A stretch of 64,000 nucleotides of DNA from Candidatus Lustribacter sp. (GTDB taxonomy: Bacteria; Vulcanimicrobiota; Vulcanimicrobiia; Vulcanimicrobiales; Vulcanimicrobiaceae). The notes under the pieces were generated by a model, which saw only the letters and a program-made list of their open reading frames with translations, ran no database searches and was not told the origin of the DNA. Location: positions 960,001-1,024,000 of the forward strand of contig OZ255842.1 in the NCBI GenBank assembly GCA_965277805.1, written 5' to 3'. The position numbers and the translations under genes are program-made. The stretch's first letter is position 1. Every line of letters starts with the position of its first letter. Of this stretch, positions 46,403 through 55,533 are shown in pieces.

Positions 46403-47419
46403 CTACGACGAGGCGACCGCATCCGCGATGTGGCGTGAGATTGCGTCTAACGGAAGAATGAAATCGACGACCCCGGCTTCGATCGCCGCTTTCGGCATGC
46501 CGAACACGGCGCAACTCGCCTCGTCTTGCGCGTACACCGTCCCGCCCGCTTCGTGAACGGACTCGAGGCCGGTTACGCCGTCGCGGCCCATCCCGGAGAG
46601 GATCACCGCCAGCGTGCGGGCGCCGAAGCGCTCCGCGGTCGATTGGAACATCACGCTCGCCGAGGGACGATGACCGCCGCTCGGCGGCGCGTGACTGATG
46701 GCGATCGCGTAGTCGTCCGCGATCGTGAGATGACCGCCGTCGGGCGCAACGTAAATCGTTCCGTTGCGCAGCGGCTCGCCGTGTTCGGCGATCTTCGCGC
46801 GCAGCGGACCGGCCGCGTTCCACCACGAGACCATGCCCTCGCTGAAGCCGGTCGAGATATGCTGCGTCACGAGTACCGGCGCTTCGAGATCGGCGGGAAA
46901 CGCGGCAAAGATGCCGCGCAGCGCGGCCGGGCCGCCGGTCGACGCACCGATGCTCACGCACGTCGTGCTGCGCCGATTGGGGTGCGCGGGTGCCGGCCGG
47001 CGCGGCGCGTGCGCTTGGCGCTCGGGCCGCCGCCGCACGACTTTGACACCGGCCATCGCGCGGACCAAATCGATCAGCTCGAAGGCGTTGGTGGAAAACG
47101 GCACGGCTGCCAAGGCGCCGGCTTCGAGGGCGCGCTTGCGCACGCGCTGGCGTTCAGCGTCCGTGCTATCCGCATCGAACACTACGATGACCGGCGTCGG
47201 CGCGACGGTCATGATCTCGCGCGTGGCCTCGAAGGCATTGACCCCGAGCACGCTCGCCGAAACGAGAATCGCCTCGGGATGCAGCCGTTTGGTCAACGCG
47301 ATCGCTTGCAGACCGGTCGCGCCGACGCCCGCCAGTTCGGTCGTGGGTTCGTTCGCGATCGTATCCGTCAGCCGCCGCTCGCCGGGATTCTCCACGACCA
47401 GCACGCGCAGCGCGCTCAC
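46403..47419 (-). CDS. cheB: Chemotaxis methylesterase with degenerate receiver domain
   Basis: GASTGGP, TQHI, GMGRDG catalytic triad. Confidence 0.9.
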   Translation of the reverse strand: MSALRVLVVENPGERRLTDTIANEPTTELAGVGATGLQAIALTKRLHPEAILVSASVLGVNAFEATREIMTVAPTPVIVVFDADSTDAERQRVRKRALEAGALAAVPFSTNAFELIDLVRAMAGVKVVRRRPERQAHAPRRPAPAHPNRRSTTCVSIGASTGGPAALRGIFAAFPADLEAPVLVTQHISTGFSEGMVSWWNAAGPLRAKIAEHGEPLRNGTIYVAPDGGHLTIADDYAIAISHAPPSGGHRPSASVMFQSTAERFGARTLAVILSGMGRDGVTGLESVHEAGGTVYAQDEASCAVFGMPKAAIEAGVVDFILPLDAISRHIADAVASS

Positions 47420-49500
47420 GTCAGCGCACCGATGGCGTCGAGCAGTTCTTCCTGGCGGAAACTGCTCTTCACGATGTAGGCATCCGCACCGATCTCGAGC
47501 CCGCGCTGGCGATCGCTTTCGTCATCGCGCGCGGTCACCAGAATGACCGGCAGTTCGCGCAGCGTGGCGGAAGCGCGCACGGCCTCGACCAGCGCGAAGC
47601 CGTTCATGTGCGGCATGTCGACGTCGGTGACGACGAGATCGACGGTTTGTTCGGCAAGCAGCGCCCACGCCGCCGCGCCGTCGGCAGCGGTCAGCACCTG
47701 ATAACCGGCGGCTTCGAGAATGCTGCGCTCGAGCGTGCGCGTCGTGATCGAATCGTCGACCAGCAGCACGCGCTTCACGACCGCTGCATCGCTCGTGGCC
47801 GGCACGGGAATGTGGGCGGAGCGCATCTCGAGCGCGCGGTCGACCACCGCCGACGTGCGCAGGATCAGCGCGATCGATCCGTCGGTGCCGATCGCGGCGC
47901 CGGCCAACAGCGGCAGCCCCCGCAGGCGCGGTCCCAAGCCGTGCAAGTAAATCTCGCGCTCGTCGATCAGGCTATCGACGGCGAGCGCAACCGACTGCGC
48001 TCCGCGGCGCATGATCAGCGCGATCTGCGGCGCTTCCGCGGAGGGCTCCGCCCCGATCACTGCGGCGAGCGGAACCAGCGGAATGACGCCGTTCTCCAGC
48101 AACAGCACCTGCCGTCCTTCAACCGAGGCCAGCGTGCCGAGGTCGATGCGGATCACGCGGTCGATCGAGGTCAGGTTGAGGCCGAACGTGTGGGCTCCGA
48201 TCGACACGAGCATCACGCGGTAGGTCGTGATCGTCAGCGGCAAGTTCAGCACGAACGCGGTGCCGTTCGGCAAGGATTGCACTTCGACGTTGCCGCTCAT
48301 CGCTTCGACTTCGGCGCGCACCACGTCGAGGCCGACGCCACGCCCGGAGAACTGCGTGACGCTCGCGGCCGTCGAAACGCCGGGCAAGAACACCGCCTGC
48401 GGAAGTTCGTCTTCGCTCAGTTCGATGCCGCGTTCGCGGATGCGCTGCCGCAGTTGCTCGCGATTGAGCCCGCGCCCATCGTCGCTGACGCGCACTTCGA
48501 GCGATCGCAGCTTCGGCAGCAGTGCGACCCGCACGGTGCCTTCGGCCGGCTTCCCGTTGCGCACGCGCTCTTCGGGCGATTCGACCCCGTGGTCGACAGC
48601 GTTGCGGATCAGGTGCACCAGCGGATCGCGCAGCCGGTCGGCGATCACGCGATCGATTCCGACCTCACCGCCGCCGATGACGAACCGCACGCGCTTGCCG
48701 GTCGTTTGAGCGACATCTTGCGCGACGCGTTCGAGTCCCGCGCACGCCTCGCCGAAGGGCAGCAAGCGGATCGAGCGGATGCCTTCGTCCAACTCTGCGG
48801 CCGCGCGATGCAACTGCGTGCGTTCGGTTTGCATCTTCGTCGCGATCTTCTCGAGCGCGGCATGCAGTCCGCGCAGCTCTTCGCGGTGGCGTTTGCGGCC
48901 GGCGCCGGCCGGCGCATCCTGCATGCGCTGGATCGCGACCCCGGCTTCGTCGACTTCGCGCACGAGGTCGCTGATGCGATGATGCGATGCCAACAGCTCG
49001 CCGCTCTGTTCGAGCAGCGTGTCGATCGTATCTGCCGCCACGCGCAGCGTGTTGTCGTTCACGTGCACGCGGGTCGATACGGTGCGCGGCATGCCGTTCA
49101 CCGCGGCCGCGACGGGCGACGGCGGCGGGGGCGGTGGCGGCGAGCCGGAAGCGGGCGCAGCCTCGGCGGCGAGTTTGCGGCTCGCATCGCGCAACTCGGC
49201 CGCGGCCGCCGCCAGCATCTCGGTGCGCGCGGCGTCCAGCTCGAGTGCACCGTCGCGCATTTTGGCGAGCACGTCTTCGAGCTGCTGACAGACGCCTTCG
49301 ATCCCGCTCGCACCCACCGACGCCGATGCGCCTTTCAGGCTGTGTGCGCCGCGAAAGAGCCGCGTCACGACTTCGGTGCGGTCGACGCCGGGCGACGGAT
49401 CCGCGAGCGCGTTCAAGTCGGCGTCGAAATCATTCAAACGCTCGTCGAGTTCGCTCAGGAAGACGCGGATCAACCGCGCTGGGACGCCGCTCGTGCTCAC
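47416..49500 (-). CDS. cheA: CheA-CheY hybrid kinase (Hpt-HATPase-CheW-REC), WspE-like
   Basis: AHSLKG, HLIRNAVDHG, SGRGVGLDVV, C-terminal VDDSITTR receiver. Confidence 0.92.
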   Translation of the reverse strand: MSTSGVPARLIRVFLSELDERLNDFDADLNALADPSPGVDRTEVVTRLFRGAHSLKGASASVGASGIEGVCQQLEDVLAKMRDGALELDAARTEMLAAAAAELRDASRKLAAEAAPASGSPPPPPPPSPVAAAVNGMPRTVSTRVHVNDNTLRVAADTIDTLLEQSGELLASHHRISDLVREVDEAGVAIQRMQDAPAGAGRKRHREELRGLHAALEKIATKMQTERTQLHRAAAELDEGIRSIRLLPFGEACAGLERVAQDVAQTTGKRVRFVIGGGEVGIDRVIADRLRDPLVHLIRNAVDHGVESPEERVRNGKPAEGTVRVALLPKLRSLEVRVSDDGRGLNREQLRQRIRERGIELSEDELPQAVFLPGVSTAASVTQFSGRGVGLDVVRAEVEAMSGNVEVQSLPNGTAFVLNLPLTITTYRVMLVSIGAHTFGLNLTSIDRVIRIDLGTLASVEGRQVLLLENGVIPLVPLAAVIGAEPSAEAPQIALIMRRGAQSVALAVDSLIDEREIYLHGLGPRLRGLPLLAGAAIGTDGSIALILRTSAVVDRALEMRSAHIPVPATSDAAVVKRVLLVDDSITTRTLERSILEAAGYQVLTAADGAAAWALLAEQTVDLVVTDVDMPHMNGFALVEAVRASATLRELPVILVTARDDESDRQRGLEIGADAYIVKSSFRQEELLDAIGALT

Positions 49501-49505
49501 AGTGC

Positions 49506-50975
49506 CTACGCGGTTGCTCCCCGGAGTAAGTCCGCAAGCCGCAGGCCCAGCGCATCGAGGTCGCGCGCGGCTTGTTCTGTCTGCCGGGTTGAGGCGAGGC
49601 TCTGAGCGGTGGTGTCGCTGATATCCCGCATTGCCCGCTGGATCTGTGCCATGCCGATACTCTGCTGATTGGCCGACGCGCTGATCTGCGTTGCCGACCG
49701 CGCCGCATCGGCCACGATATCGGTGAGCGCGCGGATCACCTCGTCGGCTTGATGGACCGTGTGGAGCGCTTCGTCGACTGTCTTGGCGCCGTGTTCGGTC
49801 GCGATGACTGCGCTGTTGGTCGCGCGCTGGATCTCGCCAAGAATCTGGCGCACTTGGACGGTCGCTTTCTTCGATTGTTCGGCCAGCGACTTGATCTCGC
49901 TCGCCACGACGCCGAAGCCTTTGCCTTGTTCGCCCGCGCGCGCCGCTTCGATCGCGGCGTTGAACGCGAGGATGTTCGTCTGATCTGCGACGTTGTTCAC
50001 CACCGCAATGATCTCGCCGATCGCTTGCGCTTGTTCGGCCAGCGCCAAGATGCTGTTGGCGATCGACTCGGTGCGCGTCTTCACGTCACCCATTACCGTC
50101 ACGGTGTCTTCGACGGCGCGCCGGCCCGCGACGCCGTTGTCGACCGCGCGCAGCGACGATTCGGCGACGGCTTTCGCGCGGTCGTTCGAGCTCTCGGCGG
50201 TTTGCGAGATCTGTTCGATCGTTGCGACCGTTTCGGTGACCGCGGCCGCGTGTTCCTGAACGCCGGCCGCTTGTTGCGTCGTGCCGGCAAGGATCTCGGC
50301 GCTCGCGGAGGTTAGGGCCGAGACGGCATCTTCGAGCGGGCCATTCACGTTGCGCGTCAGCAGAACGCCGACGACCGTGAGGATCACGACCATGAGCGCG
50401 GTGCCCCACACCGTTATGCCGATGGACCATGAGGCAGCGTTCGCATCTTCGGCGTAGCGCGTCTGCTCGATGCGCCGCTGCTCGGCCAGCGCGTCGTTGA
50501 ACTGGCCGCGAATCCGGTCCATGATCGATTGCCCCCGGTTGGAGCGCACCATCGCAATGGCTGCGGGCAAACCACGCGTGCGCGCAACGTTCAGGGTGCC
50601 GGCTAACTCCGCCAGCTTTTCATTACTCAGCGTGCTGATCGCTGCGGCGCGGCTCTCTTGTTGCGGCTCTCCGGCCACGGCTTTGTTCAATGCCGTCATC
50701 GCGCTGCCGACGGAATGCACAGCCTGCTCGTAGGGCTTCAGGTACTGCGGATTGCCGGTGAGGAGATAGCCGCGCTGTCCCGTCTCGGCGTCCACGAGGG
50801 CTTGCTCGACGCGGTGGAGCGCGTTGCGCACGGCAAACGAGTTGCTGACCACGCTTTCGCTCGCGAGCATCCGGTTCGTGTTGGTGTAGGCGATGAAGCC
50901 GATGATGATCAGCGCGATCGGTCCAAGCGCGAAGCCAAAGGTGATCTTCTGGGCAATGCTCCAGCGCTGGATCAT
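49506..50975 (-). CDS. Methyl-accepting chemotaxis protein with CHASE3 sensor
   Basis: [13 protein letters not shown]; two TM helices; [27 protein letters not shown]. Confidence 0.93.
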   Translation of the reverse strand: MIQRWSIAQKITFGFALGPIALIIIGFIAYTNTNRMLASESVVSNSFAVRNALHRVEQALVDAETGQRGYLLTGNPQYLKPYEQAVHSVGSAMTALNKAVAGEPQQESRAAAISTLSNEKLAELAGTLNVARTRGLPAAIAMVRSNRGQSIMDRIRGQFNDALAEQRRIEQTRYAEDANAASWSIGITVWGTALMVVILTVVGVLLTRNVNGPLEDAVSALTSASAEILAGTTQQAAGVQEHAAAVTETVATIEQISQTAESSNDRAKAVAESSLRAVDNGVAGRRAVEDTVTVMGDVKTRTESIANSILALAEQAQAIGEIIAVVNNVADQTNILAFNAAIEAARAGEQGKGFGVVASEIKSLAEQSKKATVQVRQILGEIQRATNSAVIATEHGAKTVDEALHTVHQADEVIRALTDIVADAARSATQISASANQQSIGMAQIQRAMRDISDTTAQSLASTRQTEQAARDLDALGLRLADLLRGATA

Positions 50976-51487
50976 CGGACATTCTCCTCGTGGGTGAGTC
51001 GCGGGTCGGCAATCAAAGCCGCGCCGTCGATGACGGCGATTCCGTCGGCGGTGATGTGACGTACGATCGGACGCGGTGCGGGCGTCGAAGCCGCGAGCGT
51101 ACCGGCCGGGATCTCGCGCATCTCGATCAGCACTTGCGCGACGATGCCGATCTCCGCCCGCGCCCCGCCGAGAATGATCGCGAACACGGGCTCAGGACAA
51201 GCCGGCGTTCCGAGCAACACCCCGAGGTCGACGAGCGGAACGAGCTGACCGTGGACGTTGACGATGCCGGTGAACTGGCGCGAGGCGCCCGGCAGCGGCG
51301 TCACGCGCGTGCACCGTTCGAGGCGGTAGACGTACGTCACGTCGATCGCATAGCGTTCGTTGCCGGTCCCGAACGCCAGCAACTGCGCCATCGGCACTTC
51401 GCTGACGACGTCGGGCCGCCGCGCCAGCAGACGCGCGCGCTCGGCGAGCACGGCGTCGATCGCAGCGCGATCGGCCACGGCCGTCAA
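50972..51487 (-). CDS. cheW: CheW-like adaptor (WspD-like)
   Basis: L.ERA..LA N-terminus; TPLPG...[15 protein letters not shown]. Confidence 0.85.
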   Translation of the reverse strand: MTAVADRAAIDAVLAERARLLARRPDVVSEVPMAQLLAFGTGNERYAIDVTYVYRLERCTRVTPLPGASRQFTGIVNVHGQLVPLVDLGVLLGTPACPEPVFAIILGGARAEIGIVAQVLIEMREIPAGTLAASTPAPRPIVRHITADGIAVIDGAALIADPRLTHEENVR

Positions 51488-52782
51488 GACGGTGCCCCGA
51501 CGAGCAACTCGAACTCAGCCGCAGCAACCGCCGTCAACGTGCCGGCCGACGCGCCGCCCGCACCGCGCACCGCCTCTTCGGGTGCATGCGCTTCGAGCAA
51601 CGCCGCGCCGCGCCGCAACGCGCGCTGCGCCGCCGACCGGCTGCCGGTCAGTCGCAACGCCCGCGCCAACGTCAGATGCGCAACCGCGAGCGAACGGTCG
51701 AGAAACAACGCCCGCCGCGCCGACGCCGCCGCTTGATGCGGCTGGCACGCATCCAAAAACGTCAGCGCCCGCTCGACATAGGCCTCCGCATCCACCTTCA
51801 CCCGCGAAACCGCCCGCCGCTCCAAATGCACGCGAGCCGTCAAGTCACGCGCGACATCGTTGCTGCCGTGAACGACGCGCTCTATGTCATCCCGAGCTTG
51901 CCGAGGGACAGCGATCACCTCCGCGCGCGGCCGCAAAACCGGCGCAACCACAACAGCTTCCGCGGCCGCAACCATCGGCTTGCGGAAAACAACACCCGCC
52001 GGCGTAACGACATGCTCGAGCCCAATGTCCGCCGGCAACGGCGGATCCGTCGGGGCCATCAACAGCCACCCGCCCGGCGCGAGCGCCTCCGCCAGCAAAT
52101 GCGCCGCGCGATCCACGGTCTTGCGGTCGAAATACAACAGCACGTTGCGGCACACGATGAGGTCGAATCCGCCGGTTGCGACGACGCCGGTCGGAGCGGG
52201 CTGCATGAGATTATGCACCATGAACTCGATCCGCCGGTGCGCCGCCGAGATCGTCCAGCGTTTACCGGTGCGCACGAAACAGCGTTCGCGCCAATCCCCC
52301 ACGTCGCGCCGGAACGACCACGCGCCGTACTGCCCGCGTCGCGCCGTCTCGATCGACGTGCTCGACACGTCGGTCGCAAGCAGGACCGTGCGCTGCGAAA
52401 GACCGCAGTCGTTCAGCAGCATCATCAGCGAGTAGGCTTCTTCGCCGGTCGAACACGCGGCCGACCAGATGCGCAGCGGCGCGCCGGCCGGGCGCCGTTG
52501 CAAGATGTCCGGCAGCACGGTCGAGCGGATCGTTTCGAACTGCTCGGCGTCGCGGAAGAAGTAGGTTTCGCCGATCGTCACTTCGGCAATCAGCTTGCGC
52601 AGCAGCGCCGGGTCTTCACTCAAGCGCTCGCGGTAACTCGCGAGGCTGCGTTCGTGCGCGAGACCGAGTGCGCGGCGCATGGCCGCCTCGGCGAAGACTC
52701 GGCGCGCGGGCGGAAACGCAACTCCGAATTCAGCCGTGAGCAGACCGGCGATGACGCCGAATTCCGGGTCGCTCCAACTCAC
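51484..52782 (-). CDS. cheR: CheR methyltransferase with C-terminal TPR (WspC-like)
   Basis: GTG at 52782; TIGETYFFRD, IWSAACSTGEEAYS, DLIVCRNVLLYF; RRALFLD TPR. Confidence 0.9.
   Translation of the reverse strand: MSWSDPEFGVIAGLLTAEFGVAFPPARRVFAEAAMRRALGLAHERSLASYRERLSEDPALLRKLIAEVTIGETYFFRDAEQFETIRSTVLPDILQRRPAGAPLRIWSAACSTGEEAYSLMMLLNDCGLSQRTVLLATDVSSTSIETARRGQYGAWSFRRDVGDWRERCFVRTGKRWTISAAHRRIEFMVHNLMQPAPTGVVATGGFDLIVCRNVLLYFDRKTVDRAAHLLAEALAPGGWLLMAPTDPPLPADIGLEHVVTPAGVVFRKPMVAAAEAVVVAPVLRPRAEVIAVPRQARDDIERVVHGSNDVARDLTARVHLERRAVSRVKVDAEAYVERALTFLDACQPHQAAASARRALFLDRSLAVAHLTLARALRLTGSRSAAQRALRRGAALLEAHAPEEAVRGAGGASAGTLTAVAAAEFELLVGAPS
51885..51908 (+). repeat. REP-like palindrome copy inside cheR
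   Basis: TGTCATCCCGAGCTTGCCGAGGGA, read in cheR as PRQARDD. Confidence 0.8.
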
Positions 52783-53273
52783 GCCGGCACCGCTTCGAAC
52801 ACGGCGTCGGCCTCGCATTGGGCCACAAAAGCGTCGACGTCGTAGATCGTGGTCACCCCGTCGCTGCCCGAGACGACCCCGGCCAAGCTCGAGTCCCCGC
52901 TCACGAGGCCGCCGGAGCTGCTCCACGTCGCGCGGTCGACCGGTGCGAAGGCCTCCACGTCGTCGACCCAGAGCATCAGCAAACGGCCCGTGGCTCGAAT
53001 GACGATCAGCCGGTCGGAGAGTTCCATGGGTCGCGCCGGGAGCCCGAAGCGCACGCGCAGGTCCAGCACCGGCACGATCGCGCCGCGCAGGTCGACGACG
53101 CCGGCGATGTAGGCCGGCTGGCGCGGCAACGGTGTGACGGCGACGGCTGCCAGGATCTCGACGACGACCGCGGCGTCGACGGCGCACGCGCGGTCCGCGA
53201 GCCGAAACAAAGCAATGCTAGCGGGTGCTCGCAGCCCCCGCGCAAGGCCGGCGTCCGCCGGCAATGCGCTCAT
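52779..53273 (-). CDS. cheW: CheW-like adaptor
   Basis: TPLPRQPAYIAGVVDLRGAIVPVLDLR. Confidence 0.88.
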   Translation of the reverse strand: MSALPADAGLARGLRAPASIALFRLADRACAVDAAVVVEILAAVAVTPLPRQPAYIAGVVDLRGAIVPVLDLRVRFGLPARPMELSDRLIVIRATGRLLMLWVDDVEAFAPVDRATWSSSGGLVSGDSSLAGVVSGSDGVTTIYDVDAFVAQCEADAVFEAVPA

Positions 53274-53526
53274 CCTGACCTAAAACGACGGCTGCAAAAC
53301 GGCAGCCGACCCCGTAACCATATCGACACGGGCAACACCCTCACCCTACGCGCTCAATGGATCCTGTTTTTCGTATTATACCCTACCCGGAGTTGAACTG
53401 CGGATGAGGCATCCCACTACAGAATAGAGATACCAAGCAAGCGCTGTCAAGCAGCTGTCACGCAAAGGTATTCCAAACCGTCTATGTTCGAAACCGGGCA
53501 AAAAAGAGTGGTGAGCCCGCTCACAG

Positions 53527-53540
53527 CGAACATACGTTCG
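53527..53540. promoter_or_regulatory. LexA operator (Cheo/SOS box)
   Basis: CGAAC-ATAC-GTTCG, perfect match to the Gram-positive consensus, 2 nt before the alkB-family start. Confidence 0.8.
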
Positions 53541-53542
53541 AT

Positions 53543-54133
53543 ATGCGTCAGGCAGCTCTGTTCGCGAGCCTCGAAGAGCCGGTTCAACTGATCGACGAGG
53601 GTGGCGACGTCACGTTCTATCCCGGCTTCCTCGGGTTCGAGGAAGGCGACGCGCTGGTTACCGAGTTGCTCGCGACCACGCGGTTCTCAGCCGACAGCCG
53701 GCTCATGTACGGCAAGCGCGTCGCTGTCCCGCGCGAGACGGCCGGACGTGGCGATCGCATGTCGCAGCCCTGGTCACCGCTCCTACTGGCCGTGCGCGAG
53801 CGCCTCCAAACGCTGCTCGCAACCGAATTCGACTACGTGTTCGTCAACCGGTACCGCGACGGCCGCGACAGCGTGGCCTGGCACGGCGACCACGAGATCG
53901 ACGGCAAAGTCGTGGCCTCACTCTCGCTCGGCGCGACGCGCGAGTTCGACCTGCGCCCCAAACGCGAGAGCGATCTGCGTCAGCGTACGATCGCGCTCGA
54001 CCTCACCCACGGCGACCTCGTCGTGATGCGCGGAGAAACCCAGCGCTATTGGGAACACCGCGTCCGGAAAGACCCGCTCGTCCACGAACAGCGCATCAAC
54101 CTAACGTTCCGCCAACACCGCGTCCGCCCGTAA
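53543..54133 (+). CDS. alkB: AlkB-family 2OG-Fe(II) dioxygenase (ALKBH2/3-like)
   Basis: NRYRDGRDSVAWHGD, SLSLGATR.F, WEH, RINLTFR. Confidence 0.88.
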   Translation: MRQAALFASLEEPVQLIDEGGDVTFYPGFLGFEEGDALVTELLATTRFSADSRLMYGKRVAVPRETAGRGDRMSQPWSPLLLAVRERLQTLLATEFDYVFVNRYRDGRDSVAWHGDHEIDGKVVASLSLGATREFDLRPKRESDLRQRTIALDLTHGDLVVMRGETQRYWEHRVRKDPLVHEQRINLTFRQHRVRP

Positions 54134-54134
54134 C

Positions 54135-54158
54135 CGTCACCCCGAGCTGGTCGAGGGG
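54135..54158 (+). repeat. REP-like palindrome copy forming the 3' end and stop codon of the TetR gene
   Basis: CGTCACCCCGAGCTGGTCGAGGGG, read on the minus strand as PSTSSG-stop. Confidence 0.8.
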
Positions 54159-54802
54159 CAGGCACAACCCTCGATCGCGAGGCGCAGCAACTCACGCAAC
54201 TCCGCCACCCCTTGTTCAACGTCGCCGTTGGTCGTGTCGCGCAGCCAATTCCGAATCGTTGCGTGGTAGATGGCGAGGATGAGCCGGGCGATCGTACCCG
54301 GGTCCTCGTTCGCGCGGATGTGCCCCTCGCGCTGGTGGCGGCGCACCAGCTCCGTGATGTGCTCGCGCATCGCGAACACGTGCCGGTCGTGCTCCGGATC
54401 GGACGTGGGAACGCCGTTCACATTGGGCTTGATGACGATCTCTTGCAGCGCGTGAAGCGAGAGGTCGGGATGCGTGCTCCCATATCGGTAACGTGCGGCG
54501 AAGATGTAGATCAGCTGATCGAGCAGATCGCCCGGCACGCGGCCGGCCTTCACGTCGGCGATCGTGTCCGCCGTGACCCGGGCCAGATCGTCGTTGACGA
54601 TCCACAGTAAGAGGTTGCGTTTGTCGGGTGCATAGAGGAAGAGGGTGCCCGTCGCGACCCCCGCACGCCGCGCGATCTCGCGCATGCTGGCACTCTTATA
54701 ACCGAACTCGGTGAACACCGAACGCGCCGCTTCATTGATGCGGCGGCGCTTGTCCTGTTTACCGTTTTCGCGCCGGCGGACGACCGCCGAAGCCGGTTCC
54801 AT
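54137..54802 (-). CDS. TetR/AcrR family regulator
   Basis: ATG at 54802; MREIARRAGVATGTLFLYAPDK. Confidence 0.88.
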   Translation of the reverse strand: MEPASAVVRRRENGKQDKRRRINEAARSVFTEFGYKSASMREIARRAGVATGTLFLYAPDKRNLLLWIVNDDLARVTADTIADVKAGRVPGDLLDQLIYIFAARYRYGSTHPDLSLHALQEIVIKPNVNGVPTSDPEHDRHVFAMREHITELVRRHQREGHIRANEDPGTIARLILAIYHATIRNWLRDTTNGDVEQGVAELRELLRLAIEGCACPSTSSG

Positions 54803-54840
54803 CAGCAGGGCTTTGCCGGGGAAAGACTGATTCCCCCGGG

Positions 54841-55473
54841 GTGAACGGTACTGCGCCAGTACTGCTCGTTCCGCACGGTGCGGAAGAAGATGCAGTGCGC
54901 CGGGCAGCGCCGGCCGCGACGATCGTTGGAATTCGTGCCGGCGCGAGCGCCGCGCAACTCCCCGATGCGTTGCCCGCCGGTCCAATCGTCGTCATGGGAC
55001 TATGCGGCGCATTGCGCGGCATTCGCACCGGCGCCATCGTCATCTACACCGGCGCCGTCGATGAAACCGGCCGTTACACGTTCGACGGCGAGCAAGTCGC
55101 GCAACTTCACGCGCGCATACCGCAAGCGACGCTCGTTCACGCCTGCACGATCGATCACGTCGTCACGCGCGCCACCGAACGTGTCGCACTCGCCGCCGCC
55201 TACAACGCCGATGTCGTCGACATGGAAGCCACGCACCTCGCCCGCGCCCTCGCCGCCCGCGGCCGCGCAAGCCTCGTCGTACGCATCGCAAGCGACGACC
55301 CGAGCTTCGACCTGCCGCCGATCGAGTCGGCGTTCACGGCAAGCGGCAAAATCCGCCCGCTCCACCTCGCCCGCGCCTTCATCACGCACCCAAGCGCCGC
55401 CGTACGCTTCATCCACGACGTCCGCCAAGCACTCAACACCCTAGCCCAAACCGCAGCCCACCTAACGCGCTAA
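54841..55473 (+). CDS. Nucleoside phosphorylase superfamily protein (HpnG/MTAN-like)
   Basis: GLCGAL, VVDMEA, VRIASD motifs. Confidence 0.75.
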   Translation: MNGTAPVLLVPHGAEEDAVRRAAPAATIVGIRAGASAAQLPDALPAGPIVVMGLCGALRGIRTGAIVIYTGAVDETGRYTFDGEQVAQLHARIPQATLVHACTIDHVVTRATERVALAAAYNADVVDMEATHLARALAARGRASLVVRIASDDPSFDLPPIESAFTASGKIRPLHLARAFITHPSAAVRFIHDVRQALNTLAQTAAHLTR

Positions 55474-55476
55474 TAA

Positions 55477-55518
55477 TGTCATCCCGAGAAAGCGCCCGGA
55501 GGGCGCGTCGTCGAGGGA
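55477..55518 (+). repeat. REP-like variant with an internal extra hairpin
   Basis: TGTCATCCCGAG-AAAGCGCCCGGAGGGCGCGTC-GTCGAGGGA. Confidence 0.75.
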
Positions 55519-55533
55519 CCGCCCAAATCGATA

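Noticed and set aside
54841-55473. Hopanoid biosynthesis cluster based on the HpnG-like gene
   Set aside because: No shc, hpnH or other hpn genes nearby; only a family-level call is supported
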